From the NCBI RefSeq assembly GCF_003334765.1, contig NZ_QOWT01000135.1: a DNA stretch of 335 bases, one strand, 5' to 3'. The notes under the pieces are model-generated. The model had not been told where the DNA came from, did not search any database, and saw only the letters and a program-made list of their open reading frames with translations. This DNA is from Escherichia coli (lineage in GTDB: Bacteria; Pseudomonadota; Gammaproteobacteria; Enterobacterales; Enterobacteriaceae). This document shows positions 1 through 335 of this stretch, piece after piece (the stretch's first letter is position 1; every line of letters starts with the position of its first letter). The position numbers and the translations under genes were made by a program.

Positions 1-117
1 TACAGTCATCATGCCTGTCGTACGGAGTGTTATGCCATGACGGTCCATTATTACCGGCTGCGGGATTACGCCCTGCAACATCCGGAATACGACGCCATTA
101 TGCGCATTATTGACTGA
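1..117 (+). CDS. 3' end of upstream CDS (5'-partial; 38 codons + TGA stop at 115-117); probable antirestriction protein of the ArdB/KlcA family (YfjX/YafX-like)
   Basis: Frame 1 is open from position 1 to the TGA at 115-117 and translates to YSHHACRTECYAMTVHYYRLRDYALQHPEYDAIMRIID*. The C-terminal pattern (Y-x-x-L-R-x-x-A-x-x-HPE-x-x-AI-x-R-x-ID) matches my recollection of ArdB/KlcA-type antirestriction C-termini. Its position immediately upstream of a RadC-like gene matches the known CP4-island gene order. Family assignment is from memory, not a search. Confidence 0.6.
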   Translation, partial: YSHHACRTECYAMTVHYYRLRDYALQHPEYDAIMRIID

Positions 118-124
118 AAGGGGG
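117..124 (+). promoter_or_regulatory. Shine-Dalgarno / ribosome-binding site for the downstream RadC-like CDS
   Basis: G-rich purine tract AAAGGGGG at 117-124, overlapping the last base of the upstream stop codon. The spacer from the GGGG core to the ATG at 133 is 8 nt, within the usual 5-9 nt range. A second AGGA at 126-129 is only 3 nt from the ATG, probably too close to act as the main SD. Confidence 0.5.
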
Positions 125-132
125 CAGGAACA

Positions 133-335
133 ATGCAACAGATTTCCTTTCTGCCCGGAGAAATGACGCCCGGCGAGCGCAGTCTCATTCAGCGGGCCCT
201 GAAAACCCTGGACCGCCATCTTCATGAACCCGGCGTGGCCTTCACCTCCACCCGTGCGGCACGGGAATGGCTGATTCTGAACATGGCGGGACTGGAGCGT
301 GAAGAATTCCGGGTGCTGTATCTGAATAACCAGAA
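133..335 (+). CDS. yeeS: RadC-like JAB-domain protein (UPF0758 family; YeeS/YkfG/YfjY paralog group), N-terminal 67 codons, 3'-partial (continues beyond window)
   Basis: ATG at 133-135 is preceded by an SD and opens a frame with no stop to the window end. Translation: MQQISFLPGEMTPGERSLIQRALKTLDRHLHEPGVAFTSTRAAREWLILNMAGLEREEFRVLYLNNQ. I recognise this as the N-terminal region of the E. coli prophage-encoded RadC-like proteins; the JAB metal-binding motif (HNHPSG…) lies downstream and is not visible here. Which paralog (yeeS, ykfG, yfjY or a non-K-12 homolog) cannot be resolved from 200 bp; the symbol is given as the family representative only. Confidence 0.85.
   Translation, partial: MQQISFLPGEMTPGERSLIQRALKTLDRHLHEPGVAFTSTRAAREWLILNMAGLEREEFRVLYLNNQ

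Noticed and set aside
45-111. Short direct repeats CCATTAT (45-51, 95-101) and CATTATT (46-52, 105-111)
   Set aside because: Only 7-nt AT-rich words inside a coding region, explained by His/Tyr/Ile codons; too short and imperfectly spaced to indicate a binding site or repeat element.
110-115. TTGACT, a near-consensus sigma70 -35 hexamer spanning the end of the upstream gene
   Set aside because: No acceptable -10 hexamer at 16-18 nt spacing (region 132-139 reads AATGCAAC, at most 2 of 6 matches to TATAAT), and a transcript from it would lack the SD. Most likely a coincidence of the codons ATT-GAC-TGA.
115-135. Upstream stop and downstream start are in the same reading frame, suggesting possible TGA readthrough fusion
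   Set aside because: The stop context is TGA-A, not the leaky TGA-C context, and an SD-equipped ATG follows. Independent initiation is the simpler explanation.
163-165. Alternative in-frame start ATG (Met11) for the RadC-like gene
   Set aside because: The preceding GGAG (157-160) is only 2 nt from this ATG, too close for an SD, whereas the ATG at 133 has a properly spaced SD.
195-309. Palindromic hexamers GGGCCC (195-200) and GAATTC (304-309); also TCCGGA (81-86)
   Set aside because: Isolated 6-bp palindromes are expected by chance in 335 bp; there are no extended inverted repeats or stem-loops suggesting a terminator or operator.
1-335. Possible minus-strand ORF or RNA gene
   Set aside because: The plus-strand frame 1 coding signal accounts for the whole window apart from the 15-nt spacer. 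The minus strand shows multiple stop triplets (complements of TTA/TCA/CTA scattered across frames), and there is no tRNA-like or repeat structure.

Overview
This 335-bp window is a junction between two co-directional (+ strand) protein-coding genes, with no RNA genes, CRISPR repeats or mobile-element ends. Positions 1-117 are the last 38 codons plus TGA stop of an upstream gene whose C-terminus (…VHYYRLRDYALQHPEYDAIMRIID*) resembles the ArdB/KlcA-type antirestriction proteins (YfjX/YafX-like) of E. coli CP4-type cryptic prophage islands. After a 15-nt spacer with a G-rich Shine-Dalgarno (AAAGGGGG), an ATG at 133 opens a gene running off the window end. Its product (MQQISFLPGEMTPGERSLIQRALKTLDRHLHEPGVAFTSTRAAREWLILNMAGLEREEFRVLYLNNQ…) I recognise as the N-terminus of the RadC-like JAB-domain (UPF0758) family, the YeeS/YkfG/YfjY paralog group. 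The window therefore most likely sits inside a known horizontally acquired island module (antirestriction, RadC-like, then typically DUF987 and a CbeA/CbtA type IV toxin-antitoxin pair downstream, outside this window). I could not substantiate any previously undescribed system in 335 bp; the findings below are modest. All homology statements are from memory and were not checked against a database.
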